Source: Candidatus Nomurabacteria bacterium (GTDB lineage: Bacteria > Patescibacteriota > Minisyncoccia > Phycocordibacterales > UBA9973). Taken from it: a stretch of 64,000 nt of DNA. The position numbers were made by a program, and so were the translations under genes. The DNA lies in contig CALQYS010000001.1 in NCBI GenBank assembly GCA_943348755.1, positions 69,963 to 133,962 of the forward strand, written 5' to 3'. The notes beneath the pieces are model-generated. The model saw only the letters and a list, made by a program, of their open reading frames with translations. It searched no databases and was not told the origin of the DNA. This document shows, in pieces, positions 49,858 through 58,948 of this stretch (its first letter is position 1; each line of letters starts with the position of its first letter).

Positions 49858-50160
49858 CTACTCTCTCGGATCTTTGTTGATAATTTGGCATTCAGGAAAC
49901 TTTTCTTTCAGGATTTGCCGGACTTCTTTAAAAGGAATTTCTCCATAGGCGGTACTTTTACCCCAAACATAGATTATACCCTGTTCCATTTTAAGTTTTC
50001 CTCCTCCCCTGACATTTAGTATGGAAATTCCAGAACCTCGCATCTTTTCTACTATGTCTTTATGATATTCCATATTAGGATCACCCCATACAAATATACC
50101 ATCTTCGCTTTCCACGACCACGAATTTCTGAATTTTATTTGGTTGGATTTGTATGTTCAT
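49858..50160 (-). CDS. Hypothetical protein
   Basis: 100-aa ORF, no homology recognised; coding-like composition. Confidence 0.4.
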   Translation of the reverse strand: MNIQIQPNKIQKFVVVESEDGIFVWGDPNMEYHKDIVEKMRGSGISILNVRGGGKLKMEQGIIYVWGKSTAYGEIPFKEVRQILKEKFPECQIINKDPRE

Positions 50161-50223
50161 AGCTTCTTGATTGTATCAAATTTATGGTTTTTTGCTTGAA
50201 TTTGTGTTATAAATTAAAGTGTT

Positions 50224-50294
50224 TTTTAAACATTGGGGTATCGTCTAATGGTAGGACAGAGGCCTTTGAAGCCTTTAATCGTGGTTCGAATCCA
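50224..50294 (+). tRNA. tRNA-Gln (anticodon UUG), CCA not encoded
   Basis: Acceptor stem TGGGGTA/TACCCCA (U1:A72, a hallmark of bacterial tRNA-Gln). Anticodon arm GAGGC-cuUUGaa-GCCTT. T-arm CGTGG-TTCGAAT-CCATG. Confidence 0.8.
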
Positions 50295-50313
50295 TGTACC
50301 CCAGCAAATAGAT

Positions 50314-51351
50314 TTATTCTCCCCCTAAAATCTTCACAAGTGCTAATTCGAGCGGAAGCTCGGCGATGAAGGCATTGTCTATGTTTTGATATGCCTCAAG
50401 CAATATAGCAAGAGCCGGAGAACGGAGCATGCCTTCTTTGTCTGCTTTTACTAGGCCTCCCAGGAATTCAATATCAGCTTCCGATAAATCCCCCACCATC
50501 TCATCTTTGAGTTTCGGCGCATAGCGCAAGATTATCGCTATGCGGAATTTGGTGACGATGAGTTTCAAGTACAATTTCATATCTAAATTCTCTTCTGCGG
50601 CAGTTTGTACAGCTTTGATGCCTTTTTCGATATTTTTTTCAGCGATAGCGGAAATAAAATCATTTACTAAAATTGTTTTCGGCGCACCAGTGATGGCTTC
50701 CACGTCTTCCCTTTTTACTTTCTTGCCCTTAGTAAAGTTTAGAATCTTTTGCAGTTCCCCTAGTCCATCACGGAATGATCCGTCAGCTAAAATTGCGAGA
50801 AGCTCCGCACTACCAGCATCGAGCTCGAAGCCCTCCTTTTTCGCTACATCTATCATCATTTTCCTGCATACTGCATCCGAAGCTTTTTTGAAAGTGAAAA
50901 CTTGGCAACGGGAAATAATCGTCTCTGGGACTTTATGCAATTCTGTCGTCGCTAAAATAAAAATGACATGCTTTGGAGGCTCTTCGAGGGTCTTGAGTAA
51001 TGCACCCCACGCATCCTTCGAGAGCATGTGCACTTCATCTATGATGTAAACTTTGTATTTAGAATCAAAAGGCAGCACTCGTACACCATCACGAAGTTCC
51101 TTTATGTCCTCGATGCCTCTGTTTGAAGCGGCATCTATCTCATACATATCATTTGCCGAGACTCCTATGCTAGTGGCAAATATTCGAGCGACGGAAGTCT
51201 TGCCAGTACCACGCGAACCGACAAAAAGGTACGCATGAGAAACTTTCTCAGTATCTACTGATTTCTTTAAAACATCTACAATATGATCCTGCCCGAGGAC
51301 TTCCTTGAAGCTTTTGGGTCTATATTTTCGATACAGTGCCGTGTGTTCCAT
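50314..51351 (-). CDS. dnaX: DNA polymerase III subunit gamma/tau (short form)
   Basis: YRKYRPKSFKEVLGQ..., Walker A GSRGTGKTS, SRC clamp-loader motif; 345 aa. Confidence 0.9.
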   Translation of the reverse strand: MEHTALYRKYRPKSFKEVLGQDHIVDVLKKSVDTEKVSHAYLFVGSRGTGKTSVARIFATSIGVSANDMYEIDAASNRGIEDIKELRDGVRVLPFDSKYKVYIIDEVHMLSKDAWGALLKTLEEPPKHVIFILATTELHKVPETIISRCQVFTFKKASDAVCRKMMIDVAKKEGFELDAGSAELLAILADGSFRDGLGELQKILNFTKGKKVKREDVEAITGAPKTILVNDFISAIAEKNIEKGIKAVQTAAEENLDMKLYLKLIVTKFRIAIILRYAPKLKDEMVGDLSEADIEFLGGLVKADKEGMLRSPALAILLEAYQNIDNAFIAELPLELALVKILGGE

Positions 51352-51368
51352 AAATTCAGGTTATTGTA

Positions 51369-52406
51369 TCAAATTTTACTCAAAAATTCATTAACCAATG
51401 TTTCCACTTGTGATGCATTTTCTGTTTCCATCAACTTCATGCGGAGTTCTTTGGTACCATCGAAGCCATTACAGTACGCCTTATAGTGCTTTTTCATGAT
51501 GGCGAAGTTTTTATGTTTACCGAGCTTTTCTTCAAAAAGTTTCGTGTGTTCTACCATCACTCGTAGTTTTTCTGAAATTGAGGGCACGAAGATACTTCCA
51601 ATTTTTCGGCCCTGCGCCCTTCCCCCGAGTACGGGGGTGGGACCCTCGGGCAGCTCAAAATTGGAAGTATCTTCTTTGCTGAATAGCCATGGATTCCCAA
51701 ATATCGCTCTTCCGAGCATCACACCGTCACAACCAGTCTCTTTTATTTTTTGCTTTGCATCTTCTAAATTCAAAGCATCACCATTTCCCAGTATCAAAGT
51801 ATCTTTTCTTAGTTCATCACGAATCTCTACTACCCTTTTCATCAAATCCCAATGCGCAGGCACGTCAGACATTTCTTTACGTGTACGTAGGTGTATTATA
51901 AGGGCAGCGATATTTTCTTTTAGAAGCTCCGGTATCCAAGTCTCAATTTCATTTTTATTGTAGCCAATACGAGTCTTCACAGAGACAGGTAGTCCGCCCC
52001 CACCTTCGATCGCAGCACGGATACATTCCCGAGCGAGCGCTGGATTTTTCATCATGGCGGCCCCGGAACATTGCTTTTCGATGGATTTATCCGGACAGCC
52101 CATATTTATGTCTATGCCGTCAAAGCCCAGCTCTTTGCAAAGCTCCGAAGCCTTTTTAATGTTTTCCGGCTTGGAGCCAAATATTTGTGCCACGATCGGA
52201 TGTTCGTTTTCTCCATAGATAAAATCAATCAAGAGTTTTTCTCTAGCAACGGGATGCGCAAGACCATCCGCAGAGACAAACTCGGTCCAAAAGACATCTG
52301 GCTTACCGTACTTAGCGATAATTTGCCTAAAAACACAGTCTGTGACATCTGCCATCGGCGCTAAGGCGAAAATAGGTTTCTTAAGTTTTGTCCAAAAATT
52401 CTGCAT
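51369..52406 (-). CDS. dus: tRNA-dihydrouridine synthase
   Basis: FALAPMADVTDCVFR and INMGCP motifs of the Dus TIM barrel. Confidence 0.9.
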   Translation of the reverse strand: MQNFWTKLKKPIFALAPMADVTDCVFRQIIAKYGKPDVFWTEFVSADGLAHPVAREKLLIDFIYGENEHPIVAQIFGSKPENIKKASELCKELGFDGIDINMGCPDKSIEKQCSGAAMMKNPALARECIRAAIEGGGGLPVSVKTRIGYNKNEIETWIPELLKENIAALIIHLRTRKEMSDVPAHWDLMKRVVEIRDELRKDTLILGNGDALNLEDAKQKIKETGCDGVMLGRAIFGNPWLFSKEDTSNFELPEGPTPVLGGRAQGRKIGSIFVPSISEKLRVMVEHTKLFEEKLGKHKNFAIMKKHYKAYCNGFDGTKELRMKLMETENASQVETLVNEFLSKI

Positions 52407-52483
52407 ATTTTAGTGACAGAAAGTATCTTTTATAAAGCAATCTATCTAGCAAAGCTTTGCTAGCGAACTTCTCGTCGCTCAAG

Positions 52484-52526
52484 AAAATAATAAATGGCAA
52501 AAGTCTACAATGCCATTTTTATTTTC
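52484..52526. terminator. Bidirectional intrinsic terminator (AATGGCA-loop-TGCCATT flanked by A/T runs)
   Basis: aaaataataAATGGCAaaagtctacaaTGCCATTtttattttc; terminates the serS-ftsQ unit ahead of dus. Confidence 0.45.
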
Positions 52527-52568
52527 TAAGCTCCTGCGAAAGGCTTTCTAAAAGAAACTTTCTGTCAC

Positions 52569-53441
52569 TTATCTGAACTTGTAATATACCTTATTACCAA
52601 AGCGCAAATCAATGTATTCCAAAGAAGAATATTTGTTTTTAAAGTTTGATAAAAGTGGCTCAGTGCTCAGAGCTGCTTGCAAGTTTTCTGCTACAGTCTC
52701 TAGGCTAGCATCCAATTTGAAAATTATCTCTGGACCTGTCGATGCCTTATTAGAAAGAATAATTCTTACATCTCCATCTTCTTCAATATATAAAGTTATT
52801 GATTTTAATCCCATGCTTTCTAGAATATTTTTAAAGGAAACCAATTTAGAAAAGTTTTGCGGAGCGAAATAAATCCCGAGTGGGGCTTTGTCGCCAGAAT
52901 TAATCGAGCCATAAAATTTGAAATAAACTTCTCCGGAAAAATAGGGAGCTTCATCGAAAAGATAGCCAGAATCATCTAAGAAATAGCATACCTCTTTTTC
53001 TTTGCTGTCTGGCTGGGGTGGAGTATTTCCGCACCATGTGTAGAGAGCAGTCCGCTCAGTAACAGAGACTTCTAGCTTATTATTCCCCTTGATAGCAAAA
53101 TTTATCTTATTAATTCTTTTAAATTGGTCACTTATCCCTTTCTCTATTTCCTTTTTAGGGTAAATTAGAATATTCGTTCTTGGGAAAAAAAATAAATAAT
53201 TTCCGGTGATTTTTTCTCCAATGATTGACTTGATGGTTTCAGTGCTGACTACTTTATTGCCAGTTACCTCCACCCCGCTGATATTTAATTCTTTTAAACC
53301 AGAAATATAAGCTGATAAAGCAAAAAGGGCCACGAGTACAAATATGCAAAACAGGATCTTTACTAAAAAGACATTACGTCTATGCTTTTTTAATTCCAAA
53401 AGTTTTGGCGAATTTAAGATATTTCGTTTTAACATCGTCAT
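52569..53441 (-). CDS. ftsQ: Cell-division protein FtsQ/DivIB-like (POTRA domain)
   Basis: N-terminal TM then ISGVEVTGNKVVSTETIKSIIGEK...LEVSVTERTALYTW POTRA-like pattern. Start overlaps the serS stop by 1 nt. Confidence 0.6.
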   Translation of the reverse strand: MTMLKRNILNSPKLLELKKHRRNVFLVKILFCIFVLVALFALSAYISGLKELNISGVEVTGNKVVSTETIKSIIGEKITGNYLFFFPRTNILIYPKKEIEKGISDQFKRINKINFAIKGNNKLEVSVTERTALYTWCGNTPPQPDSKEKEVCYFLDDSGYLFDEAPYFSGEVYFKFYGSINSGDKAPLGIYFAPQNFSKLVSFKNILESMGLKSITLYIEEDGDVRIILSNKASTGPEIIFKLDASLETVAENLQAALSTEPLLSNFKNKYSSLEYIDLRFGNKVYYKFR

Positions 53442-54706
53442 TATTTAATGGACTCCTTTCCTCCCATGTATTTTCGGAGAACTTCTGGGATTTTCACCGA
53501 GCCGTCGGCTTGCTGATAGTTTTCAATCAAGGAAACGAGAATTCTGGGTGTAGCAATCGCTGTCTGGTTTAAAGAATGAGCATAGTTCATCTTTCCAGAT
53601 TCATTTTTGTAACGAATGCCGAAGCGACGACATTGGAAATCGTGAAAATATGAAGCGGAGGCAATTTCTCGGTATTTATTTTCTTTCGGCACCCAAAGTT
53701 CGATGTCGTATTTCTTGACCTGTCCGAGGCCAAGATCGGCTCCACAGTTCACAACTCGATGGTAAGGAATACCTAAAGATTCTATAAAATCTTCCGTGTT
53801 TTTAGTTAGTTCCTCGTGAAATTGCACTGAAGTTTCGTGGTTAGCTTCACACAGAATCACTTGTTCTAGTTTATAAAACTCATGCACTCGAATGAGACCC
53901 TTCACATCTTTACCGTGACTTCCCGCCTCGCGCCGATAGCAAGGAGAAAATCCTAAGTATTTTATTGGAAATATCTTTTGATCTAAAACTTCATTGGCGT
54001 GCATACCCATGACTGGCACTTCGGCTGTGCCGGCCAAATAGTCTCCATCCTGTGTTTTATATAAATCCTCTTCACTTTGCGGTAAAAATCCAGTGCCGAT
54101 AAAATTTTCCTTACGGGCTAGTATTGGTGGAATAACTGGAATAAAGCCACGCGCGGAATAAAATTCTAAGGCATAGTTCCAAATCGCAAAAGATAATCGC
54201 ACGCCTTCATTTGTTAAAAAATATCCGCGGAAGCCGTGTACCTTTGTTCCCCTTTCAAAATCCACCATCTTTAGTTTGGTCATTATCTCGACATGATCTT
54301 TTGGTTCAAAATTGAAAGTGGGTTTATCACCCCAGACTTTTACTTCCTGATTTTCTGCGTCACTTGCACCATCTGGCACAGACATATCTGGCACGTTTGG
54401 CACTTGTAACATTATCAATTGCCATTCCTCCATTATTTTCTTCAACTTTTCTTCTTTTGATTTTATTTCTTCTTTGACTGAACGCATTTCTTCGATCAAC
54501 TGAATTTTGAGCGCAGAATCTTGATCGCGAGCTATGTCGTTAGAAACTCTGTTTACTTCCGCTCGCAAATCTTCTATAGCTTTTAGTTCTTTCAAGCGCT
54601 CATCGTCGAGATTTATAAGTTTTATGATATCAACATCAACTTGCTTTTTCTGCGCGGCTGACTGAACGATATCCCTGTTTTCACGAATAAATTTTATGTC
54701 CAACAT
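53441..54706 (-). CDS. serS: Seryl-tRNA synthetase
   Basis: N-terminal coiled-coil arm; class II motifs (FRREAGSHGKDVKGLIRVHEF, ...GLGQ...). Confidence 0.95.
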   Translation of the reverse strand: MLDIKFIRENRDIVQSAAQKKQVDVDIIKLINLDDERLKELKAIEDLRAEVNRVSNDIARDQDSALKIQLIEEMRSVKEEIKSKEEKLKKIMEEWQLIMLQVPNVPDMSVPDGASDAENQEVKVWGDKPTFNFEPKDHVEIMTKLKMVDFERGTKVHGFRGYFLTNEGVRLSFAIWNYALEFYSARGFIPVIPPILARKENFIGTGFLPQSEEDLYKTQDGDYLAGTAEVPVMGMHANEVLDQKIFPIKYLGFSPCYRREAGSHGKDVKGLIRVHEFYKLEQVILCEANHETSVQFHEELTKNTEDFIESLGIPYHRVVNCGADLGLGQVKKYDIELWVPKENKYREIASASYFHDFQCRRFGIRYKNESGKMNYAHSLNQTAIATPRILVSLIENYQQADGSVKIPEVLRKYMGGKESIK

Positions 54707-54730
54707 ATTTTATATTGTATACTATATTTC

Positions 54731-55591
54731 ATGGAAATCAAAAAACTTCCGAAAAATAAATTTCCCAAAGCGCTGCTCGAAATACCGCAACCGCCTGAGG
54801 ACCTTTGGATTATTGGTGAACTACCATCAGAAGATTTGATACACTTATGTGTAGTGGGATCGAGAAAATTCACTTCTTACGGGAAAGAAGTCTGTGAGAA
54901 GATAATTGCTGGGCTAAAAGGCTACCCAATAGTCATAGTTTCTGGATTCGCTATGGGTATAGACACCATTGCCCACAAAAAAGCGATGCAGGCGGGACTG
55001 AGAACAATAGTTTTCCCTGGTTCTGGACTATCTCTCGAAGCGATACATCCAAAAACAAACATAAAATTAATAAATGAAGTAGTCGAAAGTGGTGGATGCC
55101 TGATATCGGAATTCGAACCAGACTTTAAGGCGACGCAGTGGAGCTTCCCCATGCGCAATAGGCTGATGGCTGGGATTTCCAAAGCTGTCCTTATCATAGA
55201 AGCCGAAGAAAAGTCTGGTACCCTCATTACTGCCCGGCTTACGACAGAATACAATAGAGACTTGTTAGTAGTACCCGGGTCAGTCTTTTCTTCAAATTCA
55301 AAAGGCACAAATAGATTACTACACCAAGGTGCCACACCTGTCACTTGCTCCGAAGATGTCTTAGAAGCGCTTGGTTTTGAGGTAGCTAAATCAGAAGAAA
55401 AACAGAAAAAACTTTTTGCGGATTTATCGCCGGAAGAAAAAAGGGTCGTAGATTTATTGCGCGAGCCAATGTCCAAAGACGATGTAATTCGAGCGATGAA
55501 AATGTCAACACCAGTGGCTAATGCCCTACTTTCTATTATGGAAATAAAAGAATTGATAAAAGAAGAGTTGGGTGAAGTTCGATTGGCTTAA
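54731..55591 (+). CDS. dprA: DNA-processing protein DprA
   Basis: VVGSRKFTSYGKEV...IVSGFAMGIDTIAHKKA Rossmann-like DprA core. Confidence 0.85.
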   Translation: MEIKKLPKNKFPKALLEIPQPPEDLWIIGELPSEDLIHLCVVGSRKFTSYGKEVCEKIIAGLKGYPIVIVSGFAMGIDTIAHKKAMQAGLRTIVFPGSGLSLEAIHPKTNIKLINEVVESGGCLISEFEPDFKATQWSFPMRNRLMAGISKAVLIIEAEEKSGTLITARLTTEYNRDLLVVPGSVFSSNSKGTNRLLHQGATPVTCSEDVLEALGFEVAKSEEKQKKLFADLSPEEKRVVDLLREPMSKDDVIRAMKMSTPVANALLSIMEIKELIKEELGEVRLA

Positions 55592-55592
55592 T

Positions 55593-55620
55593 TTGCATTG
55601 AAAAATATCTTTGCTACAAT
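55593..55620 (+). promoter_or_regulatory. Sigma70-like promoter TTGCAT-16-TACAAT for glnA (about 2-nt leader)
   Basis: -10 ends 9 nt before the ATG at 55630. Confidence 0.4.
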
Positions 55621-55629
55621 TTGGGCATC

Positions 55630-56649
55630 ATGAAAAATATTAAATCAAAGTTAGAATATGTATGGTTAGATGGTAGTAAACCAACTCAGGGTCTACGTTC
55701 GAAAACTAAAATTGTCGAAAATTTCAACGGAACATTAAAAGGCTGTCCGGTTTGGTCTTTCGATGGCTCTTCCACAAGCCAAGCTCCCGGCGGTTCATCA
55801 GACAGGGTTTTAAAACCTGTCTTTATGTGTCCTGATCCTGCCCGCCAAAATGGTTTCCTGGTAATGTGTGAAGTTTTCACGGCTGATGGGAAACCGCACG
55901 AGAGCAATGGCCGAGCCACGATTGAAGATGACGACGATGATTTTTGGTTTGGTTTTGAGCAAGAATATTTTCTTTGGGATACGAAGATCAACAAACCTTT
56001 AGGCTTTCCAGCTCAGGGCTTTCCTGCTCCGCAAGGACAATATTATTGTTCAGTGGGAGCAAATAATGCCTTTGGTAGAAATATTATTGAAGAACACTTA
56101 GATGTTTGTTTAGATGCAGGATTAAATATTGAAGGCATAAATGCCGAAGTCGCGACAGGTCAGTGGGAATTTCAAGTTTTTGCCAAGGGTGCCAAAAATG
56201 CGGGTGATCAAACTTGGATGGCAAGGTATCTTTTAGAACGTGTGGGTGAAAAGTATGGTGTAGCTATAAATTGGCATTGTAAACCGCTTGGCAATACAGA
56301 CTGGAATGGTTCCGGCATGCATGCTAATTTTTCAAACGGATTGATGCGTAAAACAGGTAAGAAGGAAACATTCGATAAAATTTGCAAAGCCTTTGCTCCA
56401 GTCGTTAAAGAACATATCGCTGTCTATGGTGCTGATAATCATTTAAGACTGACAGGTAAACACGAAACACAATCCATCGATCAGTTCTCTTATGGAGTTT
56501 CAGATCGAGGCGCATCCATCCGAATCCCAATTTCGACAGTGGAAAATGGCTGGAAAGGAAGACTTGAAGATCGCCGACCAAACTCTGCTGCTGATCCATA
56601 TAAAGTAGCTGCTAGAATCATCAAAACTGTAAAAAAGATAAAGGCGTAA
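55630..56649 (+). CDS. glnA: Glutamine synthetase, type II (eukaryote-like GSII)
   Basis: LEYVWLDGSKPTQGLRSKTK...WSFDGSSTSQAPGGSSD...CEV matches the GSII N-terminus; about 340 aa. Start set at the ATG (MKNIKSK), not the upstream TTG. Confidence 0.8.
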   Translation: MKNIKSKLEYVWLDGSKPTQGLRSKTKIVENFNGTLKGCPVWSFDGSSTSQAPGGSSDRVLKPVFMCPDPARQNGFLVMCEVFTADGKPHESNGRATIEDDDDDFWFGFEQEYFLWDTKINKPLGFPAQGFPAPQGQYYCSVGANNAFGRNIIEEHLDVCLDAGLNIEGINAEVATGQWEFQVFAKGAKNAGDQTWMARYLLERVGEKYGVAINWHCKPLGNTDWNGSGMHANFSNGLMRKTGKKETFDKICKAFAPVVKEHIAVYGADNHLRLTGKHETQSIDQFSYGVSDRGASIRIPISTVENGWKGRLEDRRPNSAADPYKVAARIIKTVKKIKA

Positions 56650-56663
56650 AATTACCGCCAGAT

Positions 56664-56692
56664 TTGCTTTGAAATTAAACTTCGTGTAATAC
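56664..56692 (+). promoter_or_regulatory. Sigma70-like promoter TTGCTT-17-TAATAC for topA (leaderless)
   Basis: -10 ends 8 nt before the topA ATG. Confidence 0.35.
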
Positions 56693-56700
56693 TGTGTGGA

Positions 56701-58917
56701 ATGAAATTATTAATTGTTGAGTCGCCATCAAAAGCAAAAACCATTGAGAAGTATCTCGAAGGCGCTTTTACTGTACGTGCCTCAGTCGGTCATGTGCGTG
56801 ATTTACCGAAATCAAATAAAAAAGCAATAGACATCGAGGGCGGTTTTATTCCTCACTACGAAATCTCTAAAGGTAAAGAAAAAGTTGTTAGCGAACTTCA
56901 AAAATTAGCCGAAAAATCAAGCGAAATAATACTAGCGACTGATCCCGACCGCGAAGGAGAAGCGATCGCATGGCACATAGAGACTCTTTTAAAGGAAGAC
57001 AAGAAAGTAAAAGCCCCGATAGAAAGAGTGACTTTTAATGAGATAACGAAAAAAGCGGTAGAAGAAGCGCTACAGCATCCTCGCAACATAGATACACACC
57101 TAAGAGAAGCCCAAGAAGCACGCAGAGTTTTAGACCGTCTGGTCGGATACGACTTATCAGGGCTTATTTGGAAAAAAGTAAGATATGGCCTTTCAGCTGG
57201 TCGTGTTCAATCCCCCGCGCTTCGTATCATCATGGAACGAGAACGTGAAATTCGCGCTTTCATCCCAGAAAAGTTTTGGAAAATTTCTGGTCTCTTTGAA
57301 ACAGAAAAAAAAGAGAAGGTTATTCTAACTTGTTCAGAGGAACCAAGAGATGAAAAATTAGTTAAAGAAATAATGGCATCTGGTCAAAGTGGGACTTGGT
57401 TAGTCAATGAAGTAAAAGAATCCGAACAGAAACGTTCTCCTAGAGCGCCCTTTACCACTTCTACCTTACAGCAAACAGCAAGTTCGCGTTTAGGCTATTC
57501 CCCTTCACGTACAATGCAAATAGCGCAAAAACTATATGAAGCTGGACACATAACATATATGCGAACAGATAGTACGAATTTATCTGTCGATGCTCAAACA
57601 CAGATTGTTAAATTTATAAAAAATAAATATGGTGAAGAATATGCTGAATCCAGAATTTATAAAACCAAATCTAAAAATGCTCAAGAAGCTCATGAAGCAA
57701 TACGGCCCACTCATATAGAAAATATGATTGCTGGTAGTGATGACCAAGATAGACTCTATAGATTGATCTGGGAACGTGCCGTATCATCTCAGATGACTGA
57801 CGCGAAACTATTAAAGACGAAAATCTCCGCTGTCATCAAGGGACGAGAAGATCTACCCGACTTTGTCGCTAACGGTTCCCGTCTGCTTTTTCCTGGATGG
57901 CTAAAAGTAGACAGTGACGCACGTGGTGATGATGTCGAACTACCAAAAGCTAGTGCGGGAGAGAAACTAAATCTTTTAAACCTTGTTAATGAAGAAAAGT
58001 TTACCGAACCACCAGGTAGATATAGTGAAGCAGGCCTCGTCAAAGAACTTGAGAGCCGAGGCATCGGTCGTCCATCTACGTATGCTTCTATCATGAAAAC
58101 AATTGAAGAGCGTGGTTATGTGAATAAAGAAGGTAAAACACTTTTCCCTACTGACGTCGGAGAAGTTGTATCCGACTTTTTAGAAAAACATTTCGCTAGT
58201 TATATTTCTGATACTTTTACTGCTGAGATGGAAGATGAGTTAGATGAAATTTCTCGTGGTGAACGTCAATATGAAAAGACTTTAAGGGATTTCTACGGAC
58301 CATTTTTGAAGGATGTTAAATCAAAAGAAAAATTAGAGAAAGCTACAAACTTGGGTGAAGCGCCAGAAAATATGAAATGTCCAAAATGTGGCTCTTCCAT
58401 GATCGTTAAGCTTTCTCGCGCTGGTAAATTTTATTCTTGTTCAAAATATCCAGATTGCGACGGAGCTTTAATGCTCGACGGTACTGAATTAAAGGGTCCA
58501 GAAGAGACTGGAGAGATGTGTCCAGAATGTGGTGATAAAAAAGGAAAATCAGGCGGTGGGAAACTTGTCGTGAAGGAACGACGTGACGGCACCGGCAGTT
58601 TCATTTCTTGTTCTCGTTATCCAAAATGTAAATTTATTAAAAAGAACGAAGTAGAAGAAGCCAAGAAACGCACTGGAGTCATATGCCCTACTTGTAGAAA
58701 GGGAGACATGTCAGAGCGACGTGGCAGGTTCGGCATCTTTTATTCCTGTTCTAACTATCCTGATTGTAAGTTTGCTATCAAAGCGAAGCCTACTGGTAAA
58801 ATATGTGCGAAATGCGATAGCTTAATGATGGAGGGAACAAAAACTATTCCCGAACGTTGCTCTAACAAAGCTTGTGTTATGCACAATCCACACAAGATAC
58901 CAAAAATTGACGCCTAA
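56701..58917 (+). CDS. topA: DNA topoisomerase I with four C-terminal zinc ribbons
   Basis: TOPRIM (MKLLIVESPSKAKTIEKYL), catalytic Tyr region (ITYMRTDS), four CxxC...CxxC ribbons at the C-terminus. Confidence 0.95.
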   Translation: MKLLIVESPSKAKTIEKYLEGAFTVRASVGHVRDLPKSNKKAIDIEGGFIPHYEISKGKEKVVSELQKLAEKSSEIILATDPDREGEAIAWHIETLLKEDKKVKAPIERVTFNEITKKAVEEALQHPRNIDTHLREAQEARRVLDRLVGYDLSGLIWKKVRYGLSAGRVQSPALRIIMEREREIRAFIPEKFWKISGLFETEKKEKVILTCSEEPRDEKLVKEIMASGQSGTWLVNEVKESEQKRSPRAPFTTSTLQQTASSRLGYSPSRTMQIAQKLYEAGHITYMRTDSTNLSVDAQTQIVKFIKNKYGEEYAESRIYKTKSKNAQEAHEAIRPTHIENMIAGSDDQDRLYRLIWERAVSSQMTDAKLLKTKISAVIKGREDLPDFVANGSRLLFPGWLKVDSDARGDDVELPKASAGEKLNLLNLVNEEKFTEPPGRYSEAGLVKELESRGIGRPSTYASIMKTIEERGYVNKEGKTLFPTDVGEVVSDFLEKHFASYISDTFTAEMEDELDEISRGERQYEKTLRDFYGPFLKDVKSKEKLEKATNLGEAPENMKCPKCGSSMIVKLSRAGKFYSCSKYPDCDGALMLDGTELKGPEETGEMCPECGDKKGKSGGGKLVVKERRDGTGSFISCSRYPKCKFIKKNEVEEAKKRTGVICPTCRKGDMSERRGRFGIFYSCSNYPDCKFAIKAKPTGKICAKCDSLMMEGTKTIPERCSNKACVMHNPHKIPKIDA

Positions 58918-58934
58918 ACTATACGGAGTATACT
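58907..58934 (+). promoter_or_regulatory. Sigma70-like promoter TTGACG-16-TATACT for the RSH gene (about 7-nt leader)
   Basis: Lies in the last codons of topA; -10 ends 14 nt before the ATG. Confidence 0.4.
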
Positions 58935-58948
58935 GAAGGACAGCCACT

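Noticed and set aside
50184-50369. 61-aa ORF
   Set aside because: Completely overlaps the tRNA-Gln gene; artefact.
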